NCBI GenBank assembly: GCA_000004985.1
Contig: GG738853.1
DNA length: 64,000 nt
Source of the DNA: Naegleria gruberi
Taxonomy: Eukaryota
Strand: one strand, 5' to 3'
A program made the position numbers and the translations under genes. Of this stretch, positions 23,502-34,825 are shown piece by piece (position 1 is the stretch's first letter; every line of letters starts with the position of its first letter). The notes beneath the pieces are model-generated. The model was not told the DNA's origin. It saw nothing but the letters and a program-made list of their open reading frames with translations, and ran no database searches.

Positions 23502-26500
23502 TTATAAGAACACAACATCATCTACAGCAACTGCCAATGTCATGGTCTTCTTGAATTGATCTTCCTCAGCAAATTTAAGAGGGAATAAACAAAGATAACC
23601 ATTCACCTTTTTAAGGAGCTTTCGTTTTTCTACTTCTGTCTTTGCTAGAGCAGATGCTGCTGGATCAGTGACAGTTTGAGCTTCATTGGGTGTGGCTGCT
23701 TCACTGTTATTGACCTGGCTCACTACATCAGTGGTGTTAACTGCACTATTGCAAATGTCATGAATTTTCTTTGATAATTTGAGAACTGCTCTCGAAGGGC
23801 TCAAAATCATGTGATGTTCATGATCATCCTCAAAAGATTGCTGTTGTGGTTGTCCTGCAGAAAGTGGAGAAGCAACGTCATCTAAGAATTGACTCTTTGA
23901 AACAACCATTACCTTATCATCCTTTGCAATTTCATTACTTGTAGGAGTTTTATCCAATACTGTATCGAAAATTGCTGTTTTTGATCTAGCTGCTACGTAT
24001 TCTTCAATTGTCTTGTATCTGTCAGTTATTATATCAGTAAATACAGTATCATAAATTTCTGTATTCTTCTTGGCGAGTGTCATTAAAATATTATGTGTTT
24101 CATTATGGATTGGATCTTCAATTTGACTTCTTTTTCTTTCATGTTCTTCCAATTCCAATTCCAACTTGGTCTTTGTTCCTGATAAATTTTGAGAACGATC
24201 AAAGTGGAAAATCTTTGCCATATTGGTTCCCATCAAACGACCAGCTGTAGTTGTTGGAGGAGGAGGAACCAAATGATTAATCTGGTCAGGGGTGGTATCC
24301 ATGGAAGCTCTCAAATCCTCTTCAGATTCCATTGAGCTGATTTCTTGAATGTGTTTCTCTAATAGTTTTTGTTCCTTCTTCTTTGGGAACAGTCCCAAAT
24401 GTTCCTTCCACAATCTGAGTCTGAGAGAGTGAGCAAATTTACCAGCTCTGTATGGTCTTCCATTCATCTTGGAAGTGGTAAATGACTTGTCAGAAATCAC
24501 AACAGCAATTTCACTATCTCTATTTCCTAACATGGATCTGTCATTGATATTTGCACTTCCAATAATTGTATGTCTATCGTCGACAATCATAACCTTACTG
24601 TGAACATAGACATGCTCAGTAACTGCTCTCTTTCCAGTTGGAATCTTATCAACAAATGAGCTTTCAGTCTTTTTACGTTTCTTCTTTTTCTTCTTTTTAT
24701 CTTCATCAGAGGTATATTCATCAGAGGAAATGTCATAGTTTGGCTTTCTCCACTTGTCATCGAATATTTTATCATCACCTGAATCATCATCATCATCTAC
24801 TGAAGTAGCTGCTTGATAATATTTCATGAGGTCATTATTATTCATAAATCCATAATTTCTCAAACAAAAGAAGACAATATACTGTTCAATGAGTTCCTCA
24901 GTTGCCTGTGGATACTCCTGTTTGATGTAATTGAAGAGAGAAGTGGAAGATCTGTTAATGGTCTTGTACTGGAATTTCATTAATTGTTGAACAGATGCAA
25001 TAGCAACATCTCCCTCAGGATGTGAAGGTACAACAATGTAAACTCTGAATACCTCTCCTCTTCTCATCTTTTCAACAACCTTTCTGCCTATGAATAGTGG
25101 AATGGCATTCTTGACAGGACTTCCAGCAGTGCCTCCTATGAAGAATTGATTCTCAATGTAAATGTAGTGTTGAGCTTCCTCAATCAAGTGTAAATAGGAT
25201 AGATAAATCGATTGTTCTGTATCATTTCCTCCACTCCATCTAGAAATGGATCTGACAACTTGGGCGTTACATACGAATCCTTCATCATCAGGACAGGAAA
25301 TTTCCTCGACATATTTACTTTCTTCCTTTGAGCTCTTCTTTTCTTCCCTTTTCTTTTCTTCTCTCTTCTTTTCTTTCATAAATTCCTTCATAATCTTTTC
25401 TTCCTTTTCCTTTTCTCTTTCAACGTCCTTGTGTCGTTCTCTTTCAGCTCCTCTTCTAATGAGTTGATTTGGATTGTGTTTCTCGAACCAACTCTTGGTT
25501 CTTGCTCTTACACCCTCCATTCTGCTTTCGAACTGAGAGGTTCTTGGAGAACCGACCACATTCTTATCCAAGTGAGGAGCATTACTGGAAGATACCTGCA
25601 CACCGTCCTGATTAGTAACATTCTCATCACGAATCATCAGTGGTGAGCTGGTATTGGCATTTCCAGAACTACCTGGTGCCTTGTTCATTAAGGTGGCAGT
25701 ATCTTCTGTCTGAATACTTGGCGGAGTATTGTACTGCTGAGTGAAGAATTGTTTGAGACGTCTAGGAGTATTTTGAATGTTAGAAATATTATTGTACAGA
25801 TTAGTAGGCATGCCTGCAAATCTTCTCTTTTTGATCTTTTCCTTTCTAGCAAGAGATGCATTCTGGAGTTTGTAATACTCAAAGAGAGGATTCTTCTTGA
25901 CAGTTTTCAATTGGAGAGCTGTTGAAGGTGTTGCCTTTGTGTGCTGATTCCATCTTTCAATGAAATTAAGTGCAACATCTCTTGCCAACAATCCACTCAC
26001 CATTGAGTGAACATCATGCCAAGGTTCTCTTGGAATGAACTCTCTATCGAAGGTATCTTTAAAGTGAGCTAGTTTGTCTTCAAATCTAGTCGATGGTACA
26101 AGATTAGGATTCATATAGTCACCTCCAGGGAATTTGAGGGCAGTGTGATTGTCATCAGTTAGTGAATGATGGTGATCGTCCCATCTTCCATAAGCCAAAT
26201 CCAATCCTCCAATGAATGCCACCGATTGATCAACCACAACAATCTTTTGATGATGTGTAAAATTGATAGGGTATCTCTTTGGATGGCTGCAGACGTAAAT
26301 ATTTCGAGGGAAGAGACTTCTCAAATACTTTTTGGTTTGTCTCGTGTCAAGATTCAAACCAGCCACTGAAGTCTCCTTCCACAAAATAATGTAAATCTTT
26401 ACACCTTGAGCTGCCTTATTTTTAATCAGAATATCCAAACGAGATTCAGCAACTCTAGGAGCATCGCCTCTAATGAGATACATGAGAGGACTGAGGAGCC

Positions 26501-29429
26501 AATCAGAGATGAAAATTTCTTCCTTTGCTCTGTCCATGGCAATGGCAATATCTCTGAATGCATCTTTTCCGTCGACGTACCATTTGATTTTGACATTGTC
26601 TCTCTCTGGTGCAAAGGAGTGGAATCTGTTATTGAGCTCAGTTGCCTGAGTAATTTGCATGAAGAGCGTAAAAAGCCATGCAACTTTCTGTTCATTTTCA
26701 TCAGCCATAAACATGAATTTCTTAGCTACGAAATTACTCGAAACTGAAACAAATGCTGTATTGCTTGGAGAGCCTACGTTTGGTTGGGAAGCTGATTGTA
26801 AGGTTAGGAAGGAGAAGTAAGGAGTAGTTGAGAAGGAAAATGTTGGTTTGCCACCATTCAAGTTTGGTGAAGAGCTCTGTTGGGTTGAAGCCGCAGTTGT
26901 GACACTTGTTGGCATGCTCGTGGAGGGAGAGGCAGGGCTTTGTGGATTGAGGGAGTCCTGGAACATTTCATCACCATCGCCTGAATGTCGTGAATTCATA
27001 ATGGATCGTTTCTTTCGTTCATTATTTCCTCCATTCGTGTGAACTGCATAGGACGGAGTGGTGGGAGGTGTGATGAGCTCTGCTTGTTTTTCATTGATTA
27101 CTTTCACACAAGTTCTCAAATCAATAGTTTCTATACATTTGGAATGAATGTCGGAATTTTCTCCTGTCATTGTTGATGGATCAACATCGTAGAGGAACAT
27201 CATGGAGCCCTTAATTTCACAAAAGTAGGTTTGCTGAGAGAACATATTCTTCAACTTGCCACTAATTTCATAGGCATCTTTGGATTTGGAAAGGAATTCA
27301 TGAACAGGTTTCATAATTGGAATGAAGAAGGTTTCGAAAACTCCCAAACCATTCAGAAAGACATCGTCGAATATTTGGCTGTTATCGAAAAATTCTCCCC
27401 TCGTCAATGTTAAACTGGAAGCCGATTTGAGATTCAAGAGACTTGAATTCTTTCTCTGGTTATATGAAAAATCAAAGAATTGATCGACAAGTGTTTCGAA
27501 TAATTTGAATTTCTCTGTTGTGGTCAAACCATCCAATTTGATAATTTCCACATGCTCTGAAGATAGAGCAACTGCTGAGGTGAGCAGTGAACTGCTCAAT
27601 GCTTCATTATTGTCATCTTCCTCTACAGATTTCTTTCCTTTGGTTTTCTCAGAATTCACAGGTGACATTCCTCCATCAGAATATGTATCCAGATCAGATA
27701 TATTGTTTGTACTTCGTGGAGAGAAGAGCATTTTCCTAGCAGAGGCTAACATGCCTTTAGTTCTTTTCAGTGTTAACAAGTTCAACCTGTCCATAGCAAT
27801 CAAAAAGGTCAATAGATCTTCTCGTGACAAACACTCGTCTCCATCCAAATCGAGCATTGTAAAAACAAGTGAGGATCTTTCTCTCAAAAGTGCTTCTCTT
27901 TTCAATTGCTCATGCTCTTCAATATCAGAATCGTTATCTGAAAAGACAGTACTCATTGATAATCTACTCATCTTTTGTGCATAAACTTGGCCATCACGGA
28001 TTGAAATCGATGCAGCAGCAAGTGACAAGATGAATCTCTGGAACGTCAACACGAAAGAATCTGCCGATAGAATGAACTGATGATGATGGTGATAGTGATT
28101 ATGCTCATTTGCCAAATGTCCATCAGTGACTGCTCTATAAACAGCATCAAAGACAAATTTTTCCACCAATTCCAAATCCATATCCTCAATATTAGAAAGA
28201 GTCATTGAGGCAGAATTGTTTGTTAATGAGAGAGGTGGTACAGTTGCAGGAATGAAGGTTGTTTGTGGAGGAGAGGCATAAGAAGCATTATTTGGGGAAG
28301 TTGAAAGGAGTGGTGGAGAAGTCTTCTTATCTAAACTTGATTGGAGGAATGGTACACCTGTTTGTTGTGATGTTGCCTGAACATTACTAGTCGATGGTGT
28401 TGCCTGATAATGGGAATGCAATGAATTTGATTTTGTTCTCGTCTTGTTCACAACCTTTCCATGTTGGAAAAGCAATTGATGGCATTCTCCCTGTGCCAAG
28501 TACAGCTGATGAATATCATAATATGAAACAGAGGAGGCCAACAATGCCTGTCTCAAGATAGTTTTTCCAGGAGTTGCACCATTAATACTGGCCATACTAG
28601 ATGAATTTGACATGGTCGATGAGACGGAATCTCTCTTTTGACCATTCTTCCACTGTTCCTGTGTATTTCCTCTCGGTGTTTGCATTGTTTGATGAGAATG
28701 AGATTGTTGAAAACACAAGTTGCAAAAACTGAGAAAAATTCCCTTAAATAACTTGAATTCGTCCAATGTAAAACAAGATTTGTTCTGTAAATCTCTCTCC
28801 ATTCTAAACTTGGTCCTATTCACAGCTTGCATCACATTACCTCCAGAACCAGATCTTGATTGACCTGGATTTGCTGATGTTGGCAATTTCAATTCCTCCT
28901 TTGAAGATGAAGATGAGGAAAATCCCAAAGTTTTGTTTCTTGGAGTATTCTTTGAATTTGTACGTGGAGTGGTAGCTGAGAGTGATTTCTCATTATTATT
29001 CGTCATGGTCAAGACAATTTCCATTGGAGGAACTGTTTCATGGCCACCTCCATTTCCTGTACTCAAATATGATGGTTCTCTACGATGACCCACTTTACCA
29101 GCACCAGTTGACCGAGGAGTATTCGCCGTATTAGGTGTAGTTGTAGAATTTGGTGTAGTATTAACATTTCCTGTTGTTGATGTTCCATTGTTATTGCTAG
29201 TTCTCGCAGTGAGTGTTCCATTCTTTGCTTGTTGTTTTAATGAATCTAATAAATGTTTGGGAAGATAGACATCTGCCTCCTCATTATGAACGACCTCATG
29301 ATAGAGATGATGATTGGGAGGTAATTGTTGTTGTGAATTATTGGAAAGTGAAAGATCGATTGGTTGGTGTGATTTGATATTGCTATTGCTGATGGAAGGA
29401 TCGGAATGGTGGGAGTGTTTGTTTCCCAT
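23502..29429 (-). CDS. phospholipase D (two HKD motifs) with N-terminal MGNKHS, EF-hand-like and PH-like regions
   Basis: Single 1975-aa ORF. HKD motif 1 is HHQKIVVVDQSVAFIGGLDLAYGRWDD; HKD motif 2 is HSKVMIVDDRHTIIGSANINDRSMLGNRDSE. An EF-hand-like loop is LDLDGDECLSREDL. The N-terminus MGNKHSH fits an N-myristoylation consensus. Long Q/S/T/K/E low-complexity insertions are present. Confidence 0.9.
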   Translation of the reverse strand: MGNKHSHHSDPSISNSNIKSHQPIDLSLSNNSQQQLPPNHHLYHEVVHNEEADVYLPKHLLDSLKQQAKNGTLTARTSNNNGTSTTGNVNTTPNSTTTPNTANTPRSTGAGKVGHRREPSYLSTGNGGGHETVPPMEIVLTMTNNNEKSLSATTPRTNSKNTPRNKTLGFSSSSSSKEELKLPTSANPGQSRSGSGGNVMQAVNRTKFRMERDLQNKSCFTLDEFKLFKGIFLSFCNLCFQQSHSHQTMQTPRGNTQEQWKNGQKRDSVSSTMSNSSSMASINGATPGKTILRQALLASSVSYYDIHQLYLAQGECHQLLFQHGKVVNKTRTKSNSLHSHYQATPSTSNVQATSQQTGVPFLQSSLDKKTSPPLLSTSPNNASYASPPQTTFIPATVPPLSLTNNSASMTLSNIEDMDLELVEKFVFDAVYRAVTDGHLANEHNHYHHHHQFILSADSFVLTFQRFILSLAAASISIRDGQVYAQKMSRLSMSTVFSDNDSDIEEHEQLKREALLRERSSLVFTMLDLDGDECLSREDLLTFLIAMDRLNLLTLKRTKGMLASARKMLFSPRSTNNISDLDTYSDGGMSPVNSEKTKGKKSVEEDDNNEALSSSLLTSAVALSSEHVEIIKLDGLTTTEKFKLFETLVDQFFDFSYNQRKNSSLLNLKSASSLTLTRGEFFDNSQIFDDVFLNGLGVFETFFIPIMKPVHEFLSKSKDAYEISGKLKNMFSQQTYFCEIKGSMMFLYDVDPSTMTGENSDIHSKCIETIDLRTCVKVINEKQAELITPPTTPSYAVHTNGGNNERKKRSIMNSRHSGDGDEMFQDSLNPQSPASPSTSMPTSVTTAASTQQSSSPNLNGGKPTFSFSTTPYFSFLTLQSASQPNVGSPSNTAFVSVSSNFVAKKFMFMADENEQKVAWLFTLFMQITQATELNNRFHSFAPERDNVKIKWYVDGKDAFRDIAIAMDRAKEEIFISDWLLSPLMYLIRGDAPRVAESRLDILIKNKAAQGVKIYIILWKETSVAGLNLDTRQTKKYLRSLFPRNIYVCSHPKRYPINFTHHQKIVVVDQSVAFIGGLDLAYGRWDDHHHSLTDDNHTALKFPGGDYMNPNLVPSTRFEDKLAHFKDTFDREFIPREPWHDVHSMVSGLLARDVALNFIERWNQHTKATPSTALQLKTVKKNPLFEYYKLQNASLARKEKIKKRRFAGMPTNLYNNISNIQNTPRRLKQFFTQQYNTPPSIQTEDTATLMNKAPGSSGNANTSSPLMIRDENVTNQDGVQVSSSNAPHLDKNVVGSPRTSQFESRMEGVRARTKSWFEKHNPNQLIRRGAERERHKDVEREKEKEEKIMKEFMKEKKREEKKREEKKSSKEESKYVEEISCPDDEGFVCNAQVVRSISRWSGGNDTEQSIYLSYLHLIEEAQHYIYIENQFFIGGTAGSPVKNAIPLFIGRKVVEKMRRGEVFRVYIVVPSHPEGDVAIASVQQLMKFQYKTINRSSTSLFNYIKQEYPQATEELIEQYIVFFCLRNYGFMNNNDLMKYYQAATSVDDDDDSGDDKIFDDKWRKPNYDISSDEYTSDEDKKKKKKKRKKTESSFVDKIPTGKRAVTEHVYVHSKVMIVDDRHTIIGSANINDRSMLGNRDSEIAVVISDKSFTTSKMNGRPYRAGKFAHSLRLRLWKEHLGLFPKKKEQKLLEKHIQEISSMESEEDLRASMDTTPDQINHLVPPPPTTTAGRLMGTNMAKIFHFDRSQNLSGTKTKLELELEEHERKRSQIEDPIHNETHNILMTLAKKNTEIYDTVFTDIITDRYKTIEEYVAARSKTAIFDTVLDKTPTSNEIAKDDKVMVVSKSQFLDDVASPLSAGQPQQQSFEDDHEHHMILSPSRAVLKLSKKIHDICNSAVNTTDVVSQVNNSEAATPNEAQTVTDPAASALAKTEVEKRKLLKKVNGYLCLFPLKFAEEDQFKKTMTLAVAVDDVVFL

Positions 29430-30173
29430 TATGATGATGATATTATTATGTTTGTTGTTGTTTGTTTGGTTGTATGTTTAGCTAAATAATTATATTAGAA
29501 ATTAAATTATTAGAAATGATGATGGAAAAGGTATGGTGCTAACTTGATGATATTATTTTGCATCATCAAGTTCTGATGGGAATGGATTATCTTTGTACAC
29601 TCTAAATGTTGTCAAAATTGTTTGAGCCACTTTCTAATACTTTCGAATAATTTCTTTCTCGAGAAATTATTAGGTGGTCAATTATAATGGGAATGTGAAG
29701 AGAGAAATTGCTGCGTTGTTGTAGCTCCCGTCAGCCAGCAATTAATCTCGAGATAGTTTTTTATATTTTGCGTATGAAAAGTTCTTATCAATTCCACCTC
29801 ACGAATGGTAACAGATGATCGGAATGATTCTTACGAAGTCTTTAAATGTGCAAGTTTAGAACAATTTGAGTTGGAGTTTAAACTGAGCCACCAAATTGTT
29901 TGTGCTTTTTCTTTGAGAGAAATTATCGAAACACTCACAGAAGAAGGAAGGAACATCAAGTCGATGAAGACACAACCTCTCTCAACGTGGTAGAGCAAAA
30001 GATCGAGTGTGGAGAAAACAACCAACTATTAATACTCTGAGTAAAATATCAAAAAGGTGTTACATTACAAAATAGAGCGTTGCTCTTGTTTGGTGATAGG
30101 ATTGTGAGTCGTTCAACATAAAAGATGAATTGTCAATTTGAGATTTTGAGGTGAAATGAAAATTTAGTACTCT

Positions 30174-30875
30174 TTACTTTTTCTTGGAGCTTCCTTTCTT
30201 GGATTGTTTCTTCTTTTCGTTTGCATCCTCTTGTTCCAAAAGTAATTTCATCATGACTTCTTGTTCGGAAGGTTTTTTCTTTTTATCATTCTTTGAAGGA
30301 GTATTGGATGATGTTTGTTCATTTGGTTGTTGTTGTTGTTGATTGACCAAAGTAACAATAATATCTTCGAAAGGAAGAGCAGCAACTGTTGATTTAGCAG
30401 CACCAGTACTTCTTCCTCCCAACTCGAGACGTAAACTATATTCTTGTCCAATATTGTATGCCTTAACTGGAATTTGTAAGAATTGTTCCTTTTCGGAAAC
30501 AAAACAATTATCCAAGTGTGAAACAACATCATCCAAAGCAGGTAATAAATTAATAGAATCAACATTCGATACCGATGTATTATCCTTCTTTGATTCAAAA
30601 GTATGAACAATTTGTCCAACCACTCTATTAGGAATACCCATTGTTGAATTATCGGAAATTATAGAAATTGTAAATTTAAGAGGCTCAATAGGAGAGAGAA
30701 CCTTTAAAAACATGTCCAATTCCTTCTTATCATTTTCTGTTAATTTTCTATTAAAAACATTTTCCGATGATGCTGATGATGATGATTTTTTAGAGAGGGG
30801 AATCAGGGCATTATTTTTCAAGAGTTTAATTTGAATGACTGGCTTTTTTGTGGTGGTGGTAGTGGAGGAGCTCAT
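30174..30875 (-). CDS. hypothetical protein with lysine-rich C-terminal tail
   Basis: 233-aa ORF MSSSTTTTTKKPVIQIKLL...LELGGRSTGAAK...KKKKPSEQE..KKKQSKKGSSKKK. No confident family assignment. Confidence 0.35.
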   Translation of the reverse strand: MSSSTTTTTKKPVIQIKLLKNNALIPLSKKSSSSASSENVFNRKLTENDKKELDMFLKVLSPIEPLKFTISIISDNSTMGIPNRVVGQIVHTFESKKDNTSVSNVDSINLLPALDDVVSHLDNCFVSEKEQFLQIPVKAYNIGQEYSLRLELGGRSTGAAKSTVAALPFEDIIVTLVNQQQQQPNEQTSSNTPSKNDKKKKPSEQEVMMKLLLEQEDANEKKKQSKKGSSKKK

Positions 30876-31054
30876 TTTTTTTCAACAATTCTTGTTTAAT
30901 AGTTTGGAGCTACAATGAGTTCAACAATTATTCAAATAACACATAATACACTGTACCATCATATGCATAACAATATGAAAAGACTGGTTGATGAGATTAA
31001 CGTTGTAAAGTATTAAAAAATCTCCTAAAAACTAGAAATAATCAACAGAAAAAA

Positions 31055-32796
31055 ATGCCTCCAAGTAAAAAGACCAAACGTTCTTCATCAGAGAACAAGG
31101 AAGAAGCCAAAAGCCGATCGGCTGATCTATCAACAGACTCTGATGAAAAGTTACAATATTTCTCACTGGCTGAAGGAATTGTTTCCATTCCGAAACTTTT
31201 AAGTAAGGCTGACTGTGAAGAACAGATTAGAAAAAGTTACGATTACACTTTCGAAGAATCAGAAGTTGGAAATTCCTCTCGAAAGAAGAATGTTGGAAAC
31301 AAGAAAGTTAGAAACAGTGAACAGGTTGAATTAAATGATGAAGAGCTATCCAAGAAAGTTTTTGTAAAGTGTGAGGATGCAATTAAGAAAATGGTAGGAT
31401 GCTTGCAAACTCTGTTTCTAAATTTAATCCTGTAAAGATTGATAGCAATTGGAAATTATACAGATACAAGAAGGGACAATTTTTTAATTCTCATATTGAT
31501 TCTGGAAGAAATATAGAGGGACATCCAAGCTTTATTACAGTTTTGATTTATTTGAATGATGACTTTGAGGGTGGAGAAACAGTTTTTGAGGATGAAGACG
31601 TTACCATTGAGCCAGAGTTAGGAAAATGTGTCTTGTTTCTTCATCAAATCAAACACACTGCTGAAGAAATCACTAAAAACACCAAGTTTGTCATCAAGTC
31701 TGCAGTGTTATTCGAAGAGAATGAAAATTATGAAAAACAACTAGCAGAAAAGTTTTTCTCTGGGGAATCCAACAAGACCAAGTTAGAAGGTTCCGTCATT
31801 GTTCAAGTAGGAGATGAAGCTTTTAATATGAGTGTAGAAAATATTGGTAATTTTACTGATTCCATGCTGTACACACTCATAAATACGGAAATGGCAAGTG
31901 ACGTTGAAATCAATAAGGATGGTATTCGTGTGTTTAAATTTCCATCCCAAGACCCCCACATATTCAAGAGATTCATCTTGCCAATTTTCAATCAAGCAGA
32001 TCATTTAGATTTTCCATTCAATTTTGATCCTAGTGAAGAGGAAAAGATTGATAGTGAATTCAAATATTGGGGTCTCTTGTCACCATTTGATAAGAATTCC
32101 ATATCGAATGAAATCAAATATTCAAACAAACAAGAACCATGGAAGAGTGCAGAGCTATCATTGATATCGAAACCATTGGAATTTAATTTGGAAAAACAGA
32201 AGAATGAGTTAGAGGCAAAGCTTGCTATTTTGAAAGCAATTAAGGAGGTGAAAGAGAAGCTGAAATTCGATTTCTCTTACAAAAAGAAATACAAATCAAC
32301 TTTTGAAATGATTTCCGCAGTGAAAGAGAATCTTGAAAACAAGTACGAGGTTATTATTTTGAATCATTTTTATGATGAAAACTTTTTCCTTTTAGGGTCT
32401 GACAAGGAATTATTTGAAACTTGTCTTGCACTCTTTGGTGGTCCAGAGTTTGTTTCAGTAAGCAATTTAAAGTTTGTAATGGAATCCAGAGATAGCGAAC
32501 AAAATGCATCCTCAGTAATAATATCAGACCAATCTGACATTACTTCCAAAAGCAAATATGATTTTGAAATGCATAACATGGCAAGTAATCTAATTGATGA
32601 GAAGAACATTAAAGATCCAAATGAATTAGAAGAAGAGTTGGATTTGTGTGGTCTAAAAGTGAAAGGTATTGACCTTACAACAAAGGCAAGTAAGGAGAAG
32701 TCCTGGGAAGGAGAATACAATGATGAATACTATCCAAGTTATTCCCTTTTCAAATTAACAGGAATTTTGATTAATGTAAAACGCTTGCAAGAATAA
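31055..32796 (+). CDS. 2OG-Fe(II) oxygenase (prolyl-4-hydroxylase-like) domain fused to a T1/BTB (KCTD-like) domain
   Basis: join(31055..31393,31438..32796), with a 44-nt intron (ATG|GTAGGA .. CTGTAAAG|ATT, phase 0). The oxygenase part has LSKADCEEQI, YRYKKGQFFNSHIDSG (HxD), VLIYLNDDFEGGETVF and a distal His in LFLHQIKHTAEE. The BTB/T1-like part is VIVQVGDEAFNMSVENIGNFTDSMLYTL..IRVFKFPSQDPHIFKRFI. Confidence 0.65.
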
Positions 32797-33036
32797 ACAA
32801 AAACATGATTCACAGCAGGCATATGTGATTGTTATTTTCTTAAATGAAAATCTTAGAAATATTTCATAAACTTATTGTATGGAATTGTAAAAAGATCTGA
32901 AATCCACTTTCATGAATATGCTCAGCCTGAGTCAATCCATGTTCATTTGAATTGTGTTAGAATGTTACAGCAATTTTCCATCTACTTGTAAAAATTCCTT
33001 AATAATGATGCAACGATTGAGAAATGCCTAAAAATA

Positions 33037-33110
33037 TGCCTCCCTTGGGAATCGAACCCAAGACCTCTGTCTTACTAGGACAGCGCTACTGCCAACTGAG
33101 CTAGGAAGGC
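33037..33110 (-). tRNA. tRNA-Thr (anticodon AGU)
   Basis: The reverse complement reads GCCTTCC-TA-GCTCAGTTGGCAGTAGC-G-CTGTC-CTAGTAA-GACAG-AGGTC-TTGGG-TTCGATT-CCCAA-GGGAGGC-A. The acceptor stem is fully paired and the anticodon loop is CTAGTAA (AGT). Confidence 0.85.
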
Positions 33111-33210
33111 TTCATGTTCATCTTAACAAAAGTTTTGTTATGATAACACTATTTGATATTCGAACTTCAAATGAAAGGGAAGAACTTATGAACTTTTCAA
33201 AAAGAAAAAA

Positions 33211-34613
33211 ATGGGTCAATCACTGAGCTTGGATGATGAAGCAGACAATGACATGGAGCAAATCCAATCTAGCACCAATCAATCGTCTGAATCGGCTCGA
33301 AACATTTACAATTCCATCTATCAACAAACAAGTGCCATCGAATTAGATTGTTCGGAGGATTTATTCGGATCAGAAAATATTTGGTCCAATCTACCACTTG
33401 ATGCTATCAAGTATATTTTCGAGTTTTTACCATTTTCTGATTTATTTAACACCTCACGTGTTTGTAAGAAATTTAATTCATTGTGTTGGAAACATTTGAC
33501 AGTTATTGATATTTCAAAGGAGAGTAAGAGGTTGGTTTTATGATTGGAATGATGAATTATTAATAATTGGATACATGTTTTGATCGAATGATTATATAAT
33601 TAATTGGTTTAATTAATTAATTGAATGTATGAAATGATTATATGTTATCGCTATATAGTGCTGCTCTCTATGTTAACGATCAAGTTTTAGCAAGAGTGGT
33701 ATCACTCATTCCAAATATCAAACATTTAAGTTTGTGTGGCTGTAGATTATTGACAAGTGATAGTTTAGAATTGATTACTTTTCAAACTAATTTACAAAGT
33801 TTGGATTTGAGTTATGTGCCAAGATTAGAATTGAGTTGTTTATGTAAAATTGCCGATACATGTACACATCTAAAACGTCTAGTTCTTGCAGGAGGTTACA
33901 GATCTTGGGATAGTGGAAACGTAGAAAAGAACTTTCCATTCTTTCCCAACTTGGAAGTATTTGTGTTCAAAAGACCAAATTGCACAACTAAACAATTCAG
34001 GGAATTTTTGAGAAAGCAGTGCAATACATTGAAAGGATTGAACATTGATTCTCCACAAAATTATTCTGCAATAGACAGTGAAATAATTTCAGATATTCTT
34101 TCCAATGAAAAATGCAAAGAACAATTGATATTTCTAAATTTGAATTTTAGAGAGGATGGTTACGCTGCCAGTTCATTCAATAGTAAGGTCGTTGCAAACT
34201 TACAACATTTCAAAAAATTGAAAGGTCTCTCCATCTCAACATTTGTCGATGAAGAAACTTGCAAACTAGTTCTAAAAAGTATTGGAAATCAATTGGAATA
34301 TCTGAATGTTACCAGAACAGGTCCCTCTGCAGAAATAACCTCTACCCTACTCTCTGTTCCAATGAGAAATTTGAAAATTCTCTCACTTCACAGGAATGAT
34401 TTATTACAAGGATCAAATTCTATTCATGTTTCAAATATCAAGAAAATTTTACAAAGTGCTTTGAATAGAGATGGAGATTTGGGTAGATTGGAATGTTTTG
34501 AATTCTGCTATGTGAAACACAATGATAGCATTGATGAATTGACCTCAAAATTCAATCCATACTTTAAGAATATTCGAGAATGGAAACGAAAATTAGGATT
34601 TGAAGATTACTGA
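33211..34613 (+). CDS. F-box / leucine-rich-repeat protein
   Basis: join(33211..33523,33685..34613). The acceptor could instead be 33691, and both choices are in frame. The intron is about 161 nt (GAGA|GTAAGA donor). The F-box is LPLDAIKYIFEFLPFSDLFNTSRVCKKFNSLCW. Exon 2 has RNI-like LRRs (IPNIKHLSLCGCRLLTSDSL.., LQSLDLSYVPRL..). The N-terminus is MGQSLS. Confidence 0.7.
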
Positions 34614-34825
34614 AAATTAAATGTGCTCCCAATAATTTCATCTACAAATTTCAACTATTTTACAATACTTACTAACATGGTCATCGCATCTTTTAAAGTG
34701 TTGCCCTTGTAGGAGTTTAATTCTTCCTTTACCGCCTAACTCCGACTCTTGAAAAACAAGTTAAAAAAAATTGCACAACATTTATTTTGAAACTTTTATT
34801 CATACATGAAACTCTTCATTAGAGA

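Noticed and set aside
24587-27984. Eight small ORFs on both strands inside the PLD coding region
   Set aside because: All are internal to a continuous 1975-codon ORF with clear HKD motifs.
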